Of a DNA stretch of 64,000 bases, positions 47,460 through 55,249 are shown piece by piece. How positions within the stretch are numbered: position 1 is the stretch's first letter; each line of letters starts with the position of its first letter. This stretch comes from Dehalococcoidia bacterium (GTDB lineage Bacteria; Chloroflexota; Dehalococcoidia; Bin125). Under the pieces are notes generated by a model that made no database searches, had not been told where the DNA came from, and saw only the letters and a program-made list of their open reading frames with translations. Where the stretch lies: contig OZ253471.1 in assembly GCA_965261715.1 (NCBI GenBank), positions 462,165-526,164 of the forward strand, read 5' to 3'. The position numbers were made by a program, and so were the translations under genes.

Positions 47460-47875
47460 TGCGTTCAACTGAACTCCTGCACGTTCTTCAAGGAGTCCTG
47501 CCCGCCCGGTATCGAGACCTTCGGATTCTCGATAGTGGTTGGCTGCGCATTCGTAGTGAGCTACTGATGCCCGACGGCCACAATATCGATGTCTATATCG
47601 AGGCCCGGGACGAGCACTTCCGGGTCCTGGACGGGGGCGCAGCGACGGTGACATTCGAAGCAGGAGAGGGAGGCGAACTCTCCAGCGGGATGCGCCAGAA
47701 CATAGCGGAGAACGCCAACGCTTCCGGAATCCAGATGGACGGGCTTGACCTATTCGTTGATGTATCAGAAACAGCGGCGTTAGCAAGCGCAGTCGAACGA
47801 ATGGCCCGAGCCATTTTCGAGATTTCGAGGAGCGGCGAATCGGCAGAAACGCCAGAGCCAGTGGCAAGCGACTAA
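47456..47875 (+). CDS. DUF1828-like hypothetical protein
   Basis: The pattern PDGHNIDVYIEARDEHFRVLDGGAT...GIQMDGLDLFVDV resembles DUF1828 by eye. Translationally coupled to 47010..47459. Confidence 0.45.
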   Translation: MMRSTELLHVLQGVLPARYRDLRILDSGWLRIRSELLMPDGHNIDVYIEARDEHFRVLDGGAATVTFEAGEGGELSSGMRQNIAENANASGIQMDGLDLFVDVSETAALASAVERMARAIFEISRSGESAETPEPVASD

Positions 47876-48552
47876 CTGTCGAACAGCAGTTCCTGAACCT
47901 CAGGCAGGTCTGTGGCCGTCGCGGTCGCTCCCTGACTGATCAGGAAGTCCGCGTCCCTGAGACCAACGATTCCGATCACACCGGCGAACCCGGCGTTCTT
48001 GCCTGCGCCCATGTCCGATTCCGTGTCTCCGACGATCACCGCCGACTCCGGCTCTCCGTTGAGGATGTCGAGGGCGTGCAGTAGGGGGGCTGCGTGCGGC
48101 TTCGGGTCGCTGGCGGTGTCGGCGCCGATGATCGTCTGAAAGCGATCGGTCCAGCCGAGCAGTTCGACGGTCTTGCGGCCGGCGTCCTCGCGCTTGTTCG
48201 TGACAACGGCCATCGGAACATCGGCCTCGCAGAGCGCGTCGAGCAGCGTCTCGGCCCCGGGCAAGGGACGCGTTCGCGGCATGTAGGTCTCTTCGTAACG
48301 GCGGAGGTAGTCGAAGTAGATCGGCTGCGCCTGCTCCGCGTCGATACCGAGCATGTTGTAGAGCATCACGGGCAGCGGCGGACCGATGTACTTGAGCAGC
48401 AACGCCTCATCAACGGGGTGACCGTGCGCGTTGATCGTCTCGAGCATGCAACCGATGACCAGTGGCTCGGTGTCGGCGAGGGTGCCGTCGAGATCGAAGA
48501 TCACCGATCGGTACCGAGCCTTGACGCTGGTCATGGCAGGCGGATGCGCCAA
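47872..48552 (-). CDS. HAD-superfamily phosphatase (phosphoglycolate phosphatase-like)
   Basis: VIFDLDGTLADTEP, VTNK, GDTESDMGAGKNAG. The start may be the internal ATG 48534. Confidence 0.85.
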   Translation of the reverse strand: MAHPPAMTSVKARYRSVIFDLDGTLADTEPLVIGCMLETINAHGHPVDEALLLKYIGPPLPVMLYNMLGIDAEQAQPIYFDYLRRYEETYMPRTRPLPGAETLLDALCEADVPMAVVTNKREDAGRKTVELLGWTDRFQTIIGADTASDPKPHAAPLLHALDILNGEPESAVIVGDTESDMGAGKNAGFAGVIGIVGLRDADFLISQGATATATDLPEVQELLFDS

Positions 48553-48832
48553 TCATCCGAGCCGGGCTTGTCACGCTCACAGACCGCGAGTTTGCTGCCG
48601 ATGAAGACGCTCACACTGAGCGCCGGTCCGGGCAACGTTCAATCGCGCGCCGTGGGTCGTTCGGCTGCGGCTGCGGCATTGCGGATTTCATCGAGCAGCG
48701 CATCGGAGTCGACATTCAGGACGTCGGCGGCGTTGGCGATGCTGAGGGTTTCTGTCGGTGTAACCATGTCAGAAGAGTAGCGTAGGGTTTGTCTGTCCGT
48801 GGTCTGAACCGGGGACAGCCGCTGTTCGTTGT

Positions 48833-50152
48833 GTGATGGACAGTGCAGGGAGTCGTTCGGTGATTGTGTATTTGGTGCTGCTGGCAGCGCTGTTGGCGTT
48901 GTCGGCGTTTTTTTCCAGCGCGGAGACATCGTTCCTCTCGATCGACGGCGTGCGTCTTGAGCATGAGCGACGGCGACGACTACCGGGCGCAGACCGCGCG
49001 GCCGCGTTACTCCAGGAACCGCGCCGGCTGCTTGCCGCAATCCTGGTCGGCAACAACCTGGTCAACACGGGCGCTGCGACCGTGGGCGCCGTGATTGCGC
49101 AGGAGCTGATCGGCGGCACAGGCGGACTCAGCATCGTCGTGGCGACGGTCGCAGTGACCATCTTGCTCGTCGTCTTCGGCGAAATCGGTCCCAAATCAGT
49201 GGCCCTGCATCACAATCTGACCGTCGCCCGCTATTACTCGATCCCACTCACCTGGTGGGCGCGCCTGACTGCGCCGGCGGTAGCGGCGCTGGACTGGACA
49301 TCGCGGATCTGGCTGAGGGTCGTGGGCGGACAGGAAGAGGCCGGCTCGGCGCTTTCGATGGGCGAACTGCGCACGGCGATTATGCAGTCGCGTGAAGAGG
49401 GCGAGCTGAAGGTGCAGGACACGTCGGTCCTGCTCGGCGCGCTGCGCCTGGGCGAGACCCAGGTGCGCCGGATCATGACCGGTCGGCTGCAAATCACGTC
49501 AATCGACTCGGGGGAGACGCTGGAGGAGGCGGGACGCGCGTTCGGCGCAGCCGGCTTCCTGCGCCTGCCGGTGCGGTCGGGGACGGAAGACCAGTTTATC
49601 GGCTACCTGCACGGCTCCGACGTGCTGGCCGAGCTGGGCCAGGGCAACCGCGAACGACACGTGCGCGACGTCATGCGCGACGCGCCGTTCGAGTCGGAGC
49701 GGGCATCAGTACAACGCGTGCTCACGCAGATGCAGACAACCGGGCATCACCTGATGCTACTGATCGACGAGTTCGGCGGGACGTCGGGCCTGGTCACGCT
49801 GGAGGACATCCTCGAGCTGGTCGTCGGCAACATCCGCAGCGAGACGCGGTTCGGCACTGAGCCGGTGCCGGTGCGCATCGCGGGCGAGCAGTTCGTCGAG
49901 GGTCGCCGCGGCCTCACCGATCTGGGCGCGGAGTTGGAAGCGGACTTCTCGGACGAGGAAGCGGAGACGGTGGCCGGCATGCTGCTGCAGCGGTTCCACC
50001 GAATCCCCAGCGCCGATGAGTCGCTAGACCTGTACGGATACCGCTGGACGGTCGTGGAGTCGGACAGCCGGCGCATCCGGTTGGTGCGCTTCCGCAAGTT
50101 AGGTGTCAGAAGGCCGCGTCCGGACGTCGGCGACGTGCCCCGAGAGTCCTGA
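48833..50152 (+). CDS. CNNM/CorC (DUF21-CBS-CorC_HlyC) family protein
   Basis: N-terminal DUF21 (FFSSAETSFLS), a CBS pair and C-terminal LVTLEDILELVVG... Confidence 0.85.
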   Translation: MMDSAGSRSVIVYLVLLAALLALSAFFSSAETSFLSIDGVRLEHERRRRLPGADRAAALLQEPRRLLAAILVGNNLVNTGAATVGAVIAQELIGGTGGLSIVVATVAVTILLVVFGEIGPKSVALHHNLTVARYYSIPLTWWARLTAPAVAALDWTSRIWLRVVGGQEEAGSALSMGELRTAIMQSREEGELKVQDTSVLLGALRLGETQVRRIMTGRLQITSIDSGETLEEAGRAFGAAGFLRLPVRSGTEDQFIGYLHGSDVLAELGQGNRERHVRDVMRDAPFESERASVQRVLTQMQTTGHHLMLLIDEFGGTSGLVTLEDILELVVGNIRSETRFGTEPVPVRIAGEQFVEGRRGLTDLGAELEADFSDEEAETVAGMLLQRFHRIPSADESLDLYGYRWTVVESDSRRIRLVRFRKLGVRRPRPDVGDVPRES

Positions 50153-50169
50153 TAAGCTGGGCAGAGCGT

Positions 50170-50256
50170 GCCGAGGTGGCGGAATGGTAGACGCGATGGT
50201 CTCAAAAACCATTGGGCCAAAAGCCCGTGCCGGTTCGAGTCCGGCCCTCGGTACCA
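50170..50256 (+). tRNA. tRNA-Leu (anticodon CAA), CCA encoded
   Basis: GCCGAGG acceptor stem, GTGGCGGAATGGTAGACGC D-arm, anticodon loop CTCAAAA, long variable arm, GCCGGTTCGAGTCCGGC T-arm. Confidence 0.9.
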
Positions 50257-50264
50257 GCAAGGAA

Positions 50265-50338
50265 TGCCGAGTGGTGTAACGGTAGCACTAGGGACTTTGG
50301 ATCCCTCAGTTCAGGTTCGAATCCTGGCTCGGCAGCCA
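50265..50338 (+). tRNA. tRNA-Gln (anticodon TTG), CCA encoded
   Basis: U1:A72 acceptor (TGCCGAG/CTCGGCA), anticodon stem-loop AGGGA CTTTGGA TCCCT, T-loop TTCGAAT. Confidence 0.9.
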
Positions 50339-50390
50339 CAACGCCAGAGCACCCTTGTAGGAACTATCGAACTCTGTAGTCGCTCAAATT

Positions 50391-52121
50391 TCAAGTACGA
50401 CTCTGCCAAATGTTGGCCAGGAAATCCCTGGCTCTACTCAGGTCTGGATCAGTCTCCAATTTCCCTTCGCCCAGCACCTCTTGGACCCACAGTGGGCCTT
50501 TCTCGATGCAGTTTCTGTAGAATCCCTCTAACTCGCCTTCGGGTACTAGCCAAAGTCCCACGGCCTCAAATGATGCTTTGAGTTGAGAGTAAGAAGGCTG
50601 AGCCTCACTTGGAATCGATGTTTCGCCGCCTTCTTTGATACGTCCCCAGGGAGTGACCTCCCTAAAGGCCTTTTCGATGTCACTCCGGAGCGACTTTAGG
50701 TTGGCGAAGTCAGATGCCGGCAAAGCGATTATTTCTCCTATTTTGGATTGCATCTGGTCTACAGAAAGTGGCTGATATACCCGGTTGATTTCTTGCTGAA
50801 CCTCAGTAAAGGGCTGTTTCACCGAATCCCAGTTGCCTTGTAGTGCCTCGTACGTTCGCTTCACGATCGTTCGGTCATTAAGAATGTCGATGTCAGCGAT
50901 AACATCCGTTGGTACTCCGAGAGCCACCATCGACTTGGCCAAGCTGTGAAGGCGTTGTTTTCCGTTAGCCACGAGGAATAGTACATCTGGTTCTATCTCT
51001 CCAGCGATTTGTGGTAGCTCCAGCAGAGCTCTATAGAACATAGAGTCGGCGATACCTTCGCAGATGATAACCCTCTTGTGGAACACTCCCGAAATCGCCG
51101 ACGACTGTCGAAGCAACGGATCGTTAGTAAGTTCCCTTGCCATAGTCTTGTCAAGCTCGTGAGGTGTGTTCGAGTTGCCGTGGCGGTCCAACCGAATGAC
51201 CCGTAGTCTGTTCGTCTCGTTGGCTTCCAGCAGTCCATCGAGGACGTGAGGACTGTGAGTGGCAATGAAATGTTGCTTATTCGATGGAGTGTTTGTGGCA
51301 ATGAGCCTGCCGATGAGTTTGGCCTGCGGAGGATGGAGGAACGCTTCGGGTTCATCCAGAAGCGCTACAGAGGCAGTTCGTGTGGCGAAAAGGCTTAGCA
51401 GCACGGTTGCAAAGCTTCGCATGCCGTCCCCTTGTTCCTGGAGCGGTACGGTAGCTTCAAGTAGTCTATCGTCATAGGAGTCGAAGTGGTATTGCTCGCC
51501 GGGAGCGAAAGTAGGGCGTTCACCAACGCGAAGAGGCAGAACTTTACCAGCATTACGATCGACGAGAAGTTCCTGCCCGAAGGCGCGCCTAAAGAAGTTG
51601 CTAGTCTCATGCTCCAAATTGCTACTCTGGTGTAGCAAATGAATGGGATGAGTTGCAGGATCCGTGCGGAAGGAAATGTTTGGAGCGGGGTTGCTGGCGG
51701 AGAGACGTTCGTCGGTGTCTATGCGGCGAACGAAATACCCGACTAGTTCGGTAAGGGATTTGGGCCAACGGTGTCGCACGCTATCAGATTGGATACTGTA
51801 TCCAAAGCCTTGGAGAATAGGGGGGCGGAAGCCTCTCTTGCGGCTCGAGGAGTGATCTTGGATATGCTGTCTGACGGATTCAGCATCGTGATCTGAGTGC
51901 GAATATTCTGCGTGAACAACAACTTGACCGTCTTGTTGCCCGGAAAGCAAGGATTCTATGTCTCGCAGCGCGCGGGTCTTTCCGGCGTTGTTGGGCCCCA
52001 CGAAGACGACGATGTCGGCTGGATCGATATGGACGGTTTGCCCGTCCGAAAAGGTCACGGAAGTGACGGATATGGTCGGATCGGTTGAATTGTCCAGGGT
52101 TTCGCCACTTGGTATCGTCAC
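50391..52121 (-). CDS. OLD-family nuclease (N-terminal ABC-type ATPase + C-terminal Toprim), stand-alone
   Basis: Walker A VGPNNAGKT, QGDGMRSF, Walker B ALLDEPEAFLHP, IATHSP, then Toprim-like VIICEGIADSMFY and ADIDILND. 576 aa. Visibly AT-richer than its surroundings. Confidence 0.75.
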   Translation of the reverse strand: MTIPSGETLDNSTDPTISVTSVTFSDGQTVHIDPADIVVFVGPNNAGKTRALRDIESLLSGQQDGQVVVHAEYSHSDHDAESVRQHIQDHSSSRKRGFRPPILQGFGYSIQSDSVRHRWPKSLTELVGYFVRRIDTDERLSASNPAPNISFRTDPATHPIHLLHQSSNLEHETSNFFRRAFGQELLVDRNAGKVLPLRVGERPTFAPGEQYHFDSYDDRLLEATVPLQEQGDGMRSFATVLLSLFATRTASVALLDEPEAFLHPPQAKLIGRLIATNTPSNKQHFIATHSPHVLDGLLEANETNRLRVIRLDRHGNSNTPHELDKTMARELTNDPLLRQSSAISGVFHKRVIICEGIADSMFYRALLELPQIAGEIEPDVLFLVANGKQRLHSLAKSMVALGVPTDVIADIDILNDRTIVKRTYEALQGNWDSVKQPFTEVQQEINRVYQPLSVDQMQSKIGEIIALPASDFANLKSLRSDIEKAFREVTPWGRIKEGGETSIPSEAQPSYSQLKASFEAVGLWLVPEGELEGFYRNCIEKGPLWVQEVLGEGKLETDPDLSRARDFLANIWQSRT

Positions 52122-52234
52122 GACAAGTCTTTCGGGGCACCAAAGACACGGTGCGGTGGTTTCGGGTCGGGTCTTTTGCGAGGGAAGGTATTGGCCAGTT
52201 GGGAGCAGCGATATTGAGTAGGTGAAGTTAGTAG

Positions 52235-52310
52235 TGGCTGCCCGGGCAGGACTTGAACCCCCAACCTAGCGGTTAACAGCCGCCCGCTCCAGCAAGTGGG
52301 CTACCGAGCG
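52235..52310 (-). pseudogene. Degenerate full-length tRNA-Asn(GTT)-like copy
   Basis: Aligns end to end with the tRNA-Asn at 53261..53336, with about 7 mismatches by manual count. These break the 1:72 pair, one D-stem pair, the D-loop GG and one T-stem pair. Confidence 0.6.
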
Positions 52311-52418
52311 TTGCCAACGCCAGTTCAGCGCGGGGTTGGGTTTCGATGACTTTCCCGGCGGGGGAGTGGGGAAGCTATCTGTGCTGCGTATGGGATCAGC
52401 GTATCAGGTGAGCAGGCC

Positions 52419-52634
52419 TTAGGTCGAAGGAGTTACCAACTCACATGCTGGCGCTGGTATCGGATGCCCGAACTCTTTTGCCGTATCGATCCAGAGCGAT
52501 ATCGCGACCTGTGCTTCGTGGAGCGCGTCCTCATAGGAATCACCGTGCGCTGAACATCCAGACAGCTCTGGGATGTCCGCAACGAAGAGGTTGTCTTCGT
52601 CGCTCCAATAGATCGTGATCGCGTACTTGTGCAT
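52419..52634 (-). CDS. hicB: HicB-family antitoxin-like protein (orphan copy)
   Basis: MHKYAITIYWSDEDNLFVADIPELSGCSAHGDSYEDAL... is alignable over its full length with 52749..52967. Confidence 0.8.
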   Translation of the reverse strand: MHKYAITIYWSDEDNLFVADIPELSGCSAHGDSYEDALHEAQVAISLWIDTAKEFGHPIPAPACELVTPST

Positions 52635-52748
52635 TGGTCGTTCGGTTCTGGCAAGTATGACTGCCCAGGCAGGTGCCGAGTGAATCGAGAAGGCGCGGGA
52701 GACTGTTGGGCAAGTAAACGGGGTTTATCTCCAAGGACGGATACGATT

Positions 52749-52967
52749 TCAATAGCTTGGCGCGACGAGTTCGCCGGCGGCTTGCGGAATCGGCCGTCCA
52801 ATCTCCTCGGCAGCTTCGAGCCAGTATCCAATGGCCGCCTGCGCCTGGGCGAGCGCCTCCTCGTGTGAGTCCCCATGCGCCATACAGCCAGGCAACTCGG
52901 GAATATCCGCGACAAACACGTCGTCCTCATCGCTCCAGTAGATGATGATCTCGTACTTGTGCATCAA
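52749..52967 (-). CDS. hicB: HicB-family antitoxin
   Basis: MMHKYEIIIYWSDEDDVFVADIPELPGCMAHGDSHEEAL... 4-nt overlap with upstream hicA. Confidence 0.8.
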   Translation of the reverse strand: MMHKYEIIIYWSDEDDVFVADIPELPGCMAHGDSHEEALAQAQAAIGYWLEAAEEIGRPIPQAAGELVAPSY

Positions 52968-53209
52968 TCGTCCTCCAGGAGCTTGAACAGCTCATGCTGA
53001 ATGAAAAGCTTACGCAACTGCCGTACCTGGTAGGGTTTGGCGTCGCGGCGCTGCGGTTGCAGGGTAACGACTTCGGACAGGTCCGGCATTTCGTAGATGT
53101 GGTGGCTTCCCCGGATTCGTTCATCAAAACCTAAGGCCAGCAGTAAGGCTCTGAGGTCGCCGAAGCGAATGTTGGCGTCTGCTTGGCCGCTCAAGATCCG
53201 TCGGAGCAA
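52964..53209 (-). CDS. hicA: HicA-family toxin (start uncertain)
   Basis: FGDLRALLLALGFDERIRGSHHIYEMP...VVTLQPQRRDAKPYQVRQL. The track ORF runs to 53290 into the tRNA-Asn gene. The only plausible in-frame start clear of the tRNA is TTG 53209. Confidence 0.6.
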   Translation of the reverse strand: MLRRILSGQADANIRFGDLRALLLALGFDERIRGSHHIYEMPDLSEVVTLQPQRRDAKPYQVRQLRKLFIQHELFKLLEDD

Positions 53210-53260
53210 ACGCTCATGGCGATTCAGCGTGGCTCTCCGTCCTTGGGGGTGACGCGATAG

Positions 53261-53336
53261 TGGCTGCCCGGGCAGGACTTGAACCCGCAACCTAGCGGTT
53301 AACAGCCGCTCGCTCTACCAATTGAGCTACCGAGCA
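53261..53336 (-). tRNA. tRNA-Asn (anticodon GTT), CCA encoded
   Basis: Reverse complement: TGCTCGG TA GCTC AATTGGTA GAGC G AGCGG CTGTTAA CCGCT AGGTT GCGGG TTCAAGT CCTGC CCGGGCA G CCA. Confidence 0.9.
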
Positions 53337-53590
53337 TCGCCTTCGTCATCTTAGCGGGATGCGGCGGGTCGATCATCCCTCGCCTGATGCGGCCGACGCA
53401 CTGAGGCGCTATTCACACACCCGGCCCCGATTCGCCCGAAACCGGGATCGAATACCATGAGAACATATGAACGCAACAAGACAGGAGGTCCCCGACATGC
53501 TCCGCCGACATCCCGACTCCAAGCGAAATATCCCTGGACTCACGCGGACGTTTCCAGCCGCAATCGCTCAAAATCGAGCCGCATTTAGCC

Positions 53591-53620
53591 AAATCTGGAC
53601 AAATCTGGACTGTTCTGGAC
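53591..53620. repeat. 3 x 10-bp phased direct repeat (aaaTCTGGAC aaaTCTGGAC tgtTCTGGAC)
   Basis: Read directly from the sequence. Lies in a 386-bp non-coding, AT-richer gap between the rnd stop and the tRNA-Asn 5' end. Confidence 0.8.
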
Positions 53621-53723
53621 CCCTGAACGCACGGTCCTCAGTGCAGGACAGGAGATCCGACTCAACCGCCCGAGATCTTCGTCTCGCACAGGTCCGACCC
53701 CCTCCGCGCAGTGTGAGCAGACC

Positions 53724-54959
53724 CTACGTCGCCGACGGCAGGCCGGCGACCGCGAGTGGGTTGGCCGAGAGCGGGTCGCTGATGCTCAGGCTGATCCGTC
53801 CTTCGAGCGCGTCGAGCAGCGGCTGGCCGCAGACTTCGCCTCGCCAACCTTGCAGCAGCGGTGGCATCTGTTCCGGCGGGCGCCCGTTCTCGTTCCAGGC
53901 GACCAGCGTGCGTAGCTGCGAGCTGCTGCCCACGAGCTCGGCGTCGATCTCATGGCTGGCGCAAGCGGCGGCGAGCACCGACTCGAGGAAGAGAATCACC
54001 ATCCGCGACGGCTTGCCGCCGTGATGCCGGTTGGCCCGAGCGGGGAGCGCCTCCTCGGGTACCGCGAGCGCGGTTTCGACCGCTTCGAGGACATCCTGAA
54101 AGTACGACTGCTTGAGCTGGCCGATTCCGCGCACGCTCGACAACTCGCTTCGCGATTCGGGCCGCGTCGCGGCAACGGCGATCAGCAGATCGTCGGGGGC
54201 AATACGACGGAAGGGCACATTACGAATGCGCGCGACGCCTTCGCGCCAGCCGGACAGTTGCTGCAAGGCGGCCAACGAACGCGGCGACAGTTTGCTCGCG
54301 CCCGAGAGGCGTCGCCAGCGATCGACCTCACGACGACTGAGTTTGCTCAGGCGGATGTCAGTCTCTTCACGCAGCCACGAGAGACGCTCCTCTGCCGGGT
54401 CTTGCGACATCCGGTCGACGAAGCGCTCGTGCAGGCGGAAGAGCCAGCGCACGTCGGCGGCGGCGTAGCGGCGCTGGGCGTCTGTCAGTGGTCGCTGCAG
54501 CCAGTTGGTTCGCGACTGTGACGGTCCGACGTCGCGGCGCAGCTCGCGTCCGACCAGCTTGTCGTAGGCGATGGGAAAGTAGTGACCGCTGAACGCAGCG
54601 GCGAGTTGCACGTCGAACAGGTCGCCCGGCGGTTTGCCGGTGCGGTGGAGGCAGAACTGCGCTTCCTGATCGTGCGCGTGGACGATGGTGCGGACACCCG
54701 GGTCGGTCATCAGATCCCAGATCGGCTGGTCGGGAGCTTCCTGGATGAGTTCGGACAGCGGATCGATCAGGCAGATCTCGTCGGGCGTGGCGACCTGGAG
54801 CAGGGCGAGCTGGGGCTGATAGGTGCGCTCGGAGACGAACTCCGTGTCAAGTCCCATCATGCCGAATGAGCGAATGCGATCAGCCAACGCGGCGACATCT
54901 TCGTGTCGCTCAAGCAGCCGGACAGCTGAGCTGGAAGCAAGAGCGTTGCTCAATGGCAT
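53724..54959 (-). CDS. rnd: Ribonuclease D (DEDD 3'-5' exonuclease + HRDC)
   Basis: MGLDTEFVSERTYQPQLALLQVA, HAHDQEAQF, YAAADVRWL. ATG 54959 chosen. Confidence 0.85.
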   Translation of the reverse strand: MPLSNALASSSAVRLLERHEDVAALADRIRSFGMMGLDTEFVSERTYQPQLALLQVATPDEICLIDPLSELIQEAPDQPIWDLMTDPGVRTIVHAHDQEAQFCLHRTGKPPGDLFDVQLAAAFSGHYFPIAYDKLVGRELRRDVGPSQSRTNWLQRPLTDAQRRYAAADVRWLFRLHERFVDRMSQDPAEERLSWLREETDIRLSKLSRREVDRWRRLSGASKLSPRSLAALQQLSGWREGVARIRNVPFRRIAPDDLLIAVAATRPESRSELSSVRGIGQLKQSYFQDVLEAVETALAVPEEALPARANRHHGGKPSRMVILFLESVLAAACASHEIDAELVGSSSQLRTLVAWNENGRPPEQMPPLLQGWRGEVCGQPLLDALEGRISLSISDPLSANPLAVAGLPSAT

Positions 54960-55094
54960 ACGCGAATGAATTCTTCCCGGAGCATTAGCCTTATGATAGC
55001 GACCGTTCGATGACGACTCCGCAACAGTGCCGCCGTGTCTGCGGGACCCGGCCCCGTGGTACGATTCCGTGGAAGATTCAGCAACGGAGCCCCT

Positions 55095-55211
55095 ATGAAG
55101 GTCAGAGCCTCGGTCAAGAAGCGGTCCCACGACGACCAAATCGTTCGCCGCAAGGGACGCGTGTACATCATCAACAAGAAAAACCCGCGCAACAAACAGC
55201 GTCAGGGCTAA
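55095..55211 (+). CDS. rpmJ: 50S ribosomal protein L36, Cys-less (YkgO-like, type B) form
   Basis: Not in the ORF track because it is under 60 aa. Translates as [38 protein letters not shown], with GGAG 5-9 nt upstream of the ATG. Confidence 0.8.
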   Translation: MKVRASVKKRSHDDQIVRRKGRVYIINKKNPRNKQRQG

Positions 55212-55249
55212 GCGACTCAGCTTGGAAATAGGACTGGCGGCCGGTCTGG

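Noticed and set aside
48639-48767. 42-aa minus-strand ORF (MVTPTETLSIANAADVLNVDSDALLDEIRNAAAAAERPTARD) with a vaguely HTH-like segment, divergent from the CNNM gene
   Set aside because: It is too short, has no clear RBS, and the resemblance to excisionase/MerR-type HTH is weak. The track ORF 48639..49040 that contains it overlaps the CNNM gene start. It is not reported as a feature.
50339-53260. Search for an integrase, recombinase or transposase that would define the tRNA-flanked islet as an intact mobile element
   Set aside because: No ORF in or next to the islet shows tyrosine or serine recombinase or DDE motifs. The islet is therefore described only as a compositional and tRNA-bounded insertion.
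53467-54024. 185-aa ORF with an internal ATG (53506) preceded by a strong AGGAGG
   Set aside because: Its C-terminal 300 nt run antisense through the rnd coding region. The sequence is Ser/Arg/Pro-rich with no motifs. The upstream portion is instead treated as non-coding and described in a finding.
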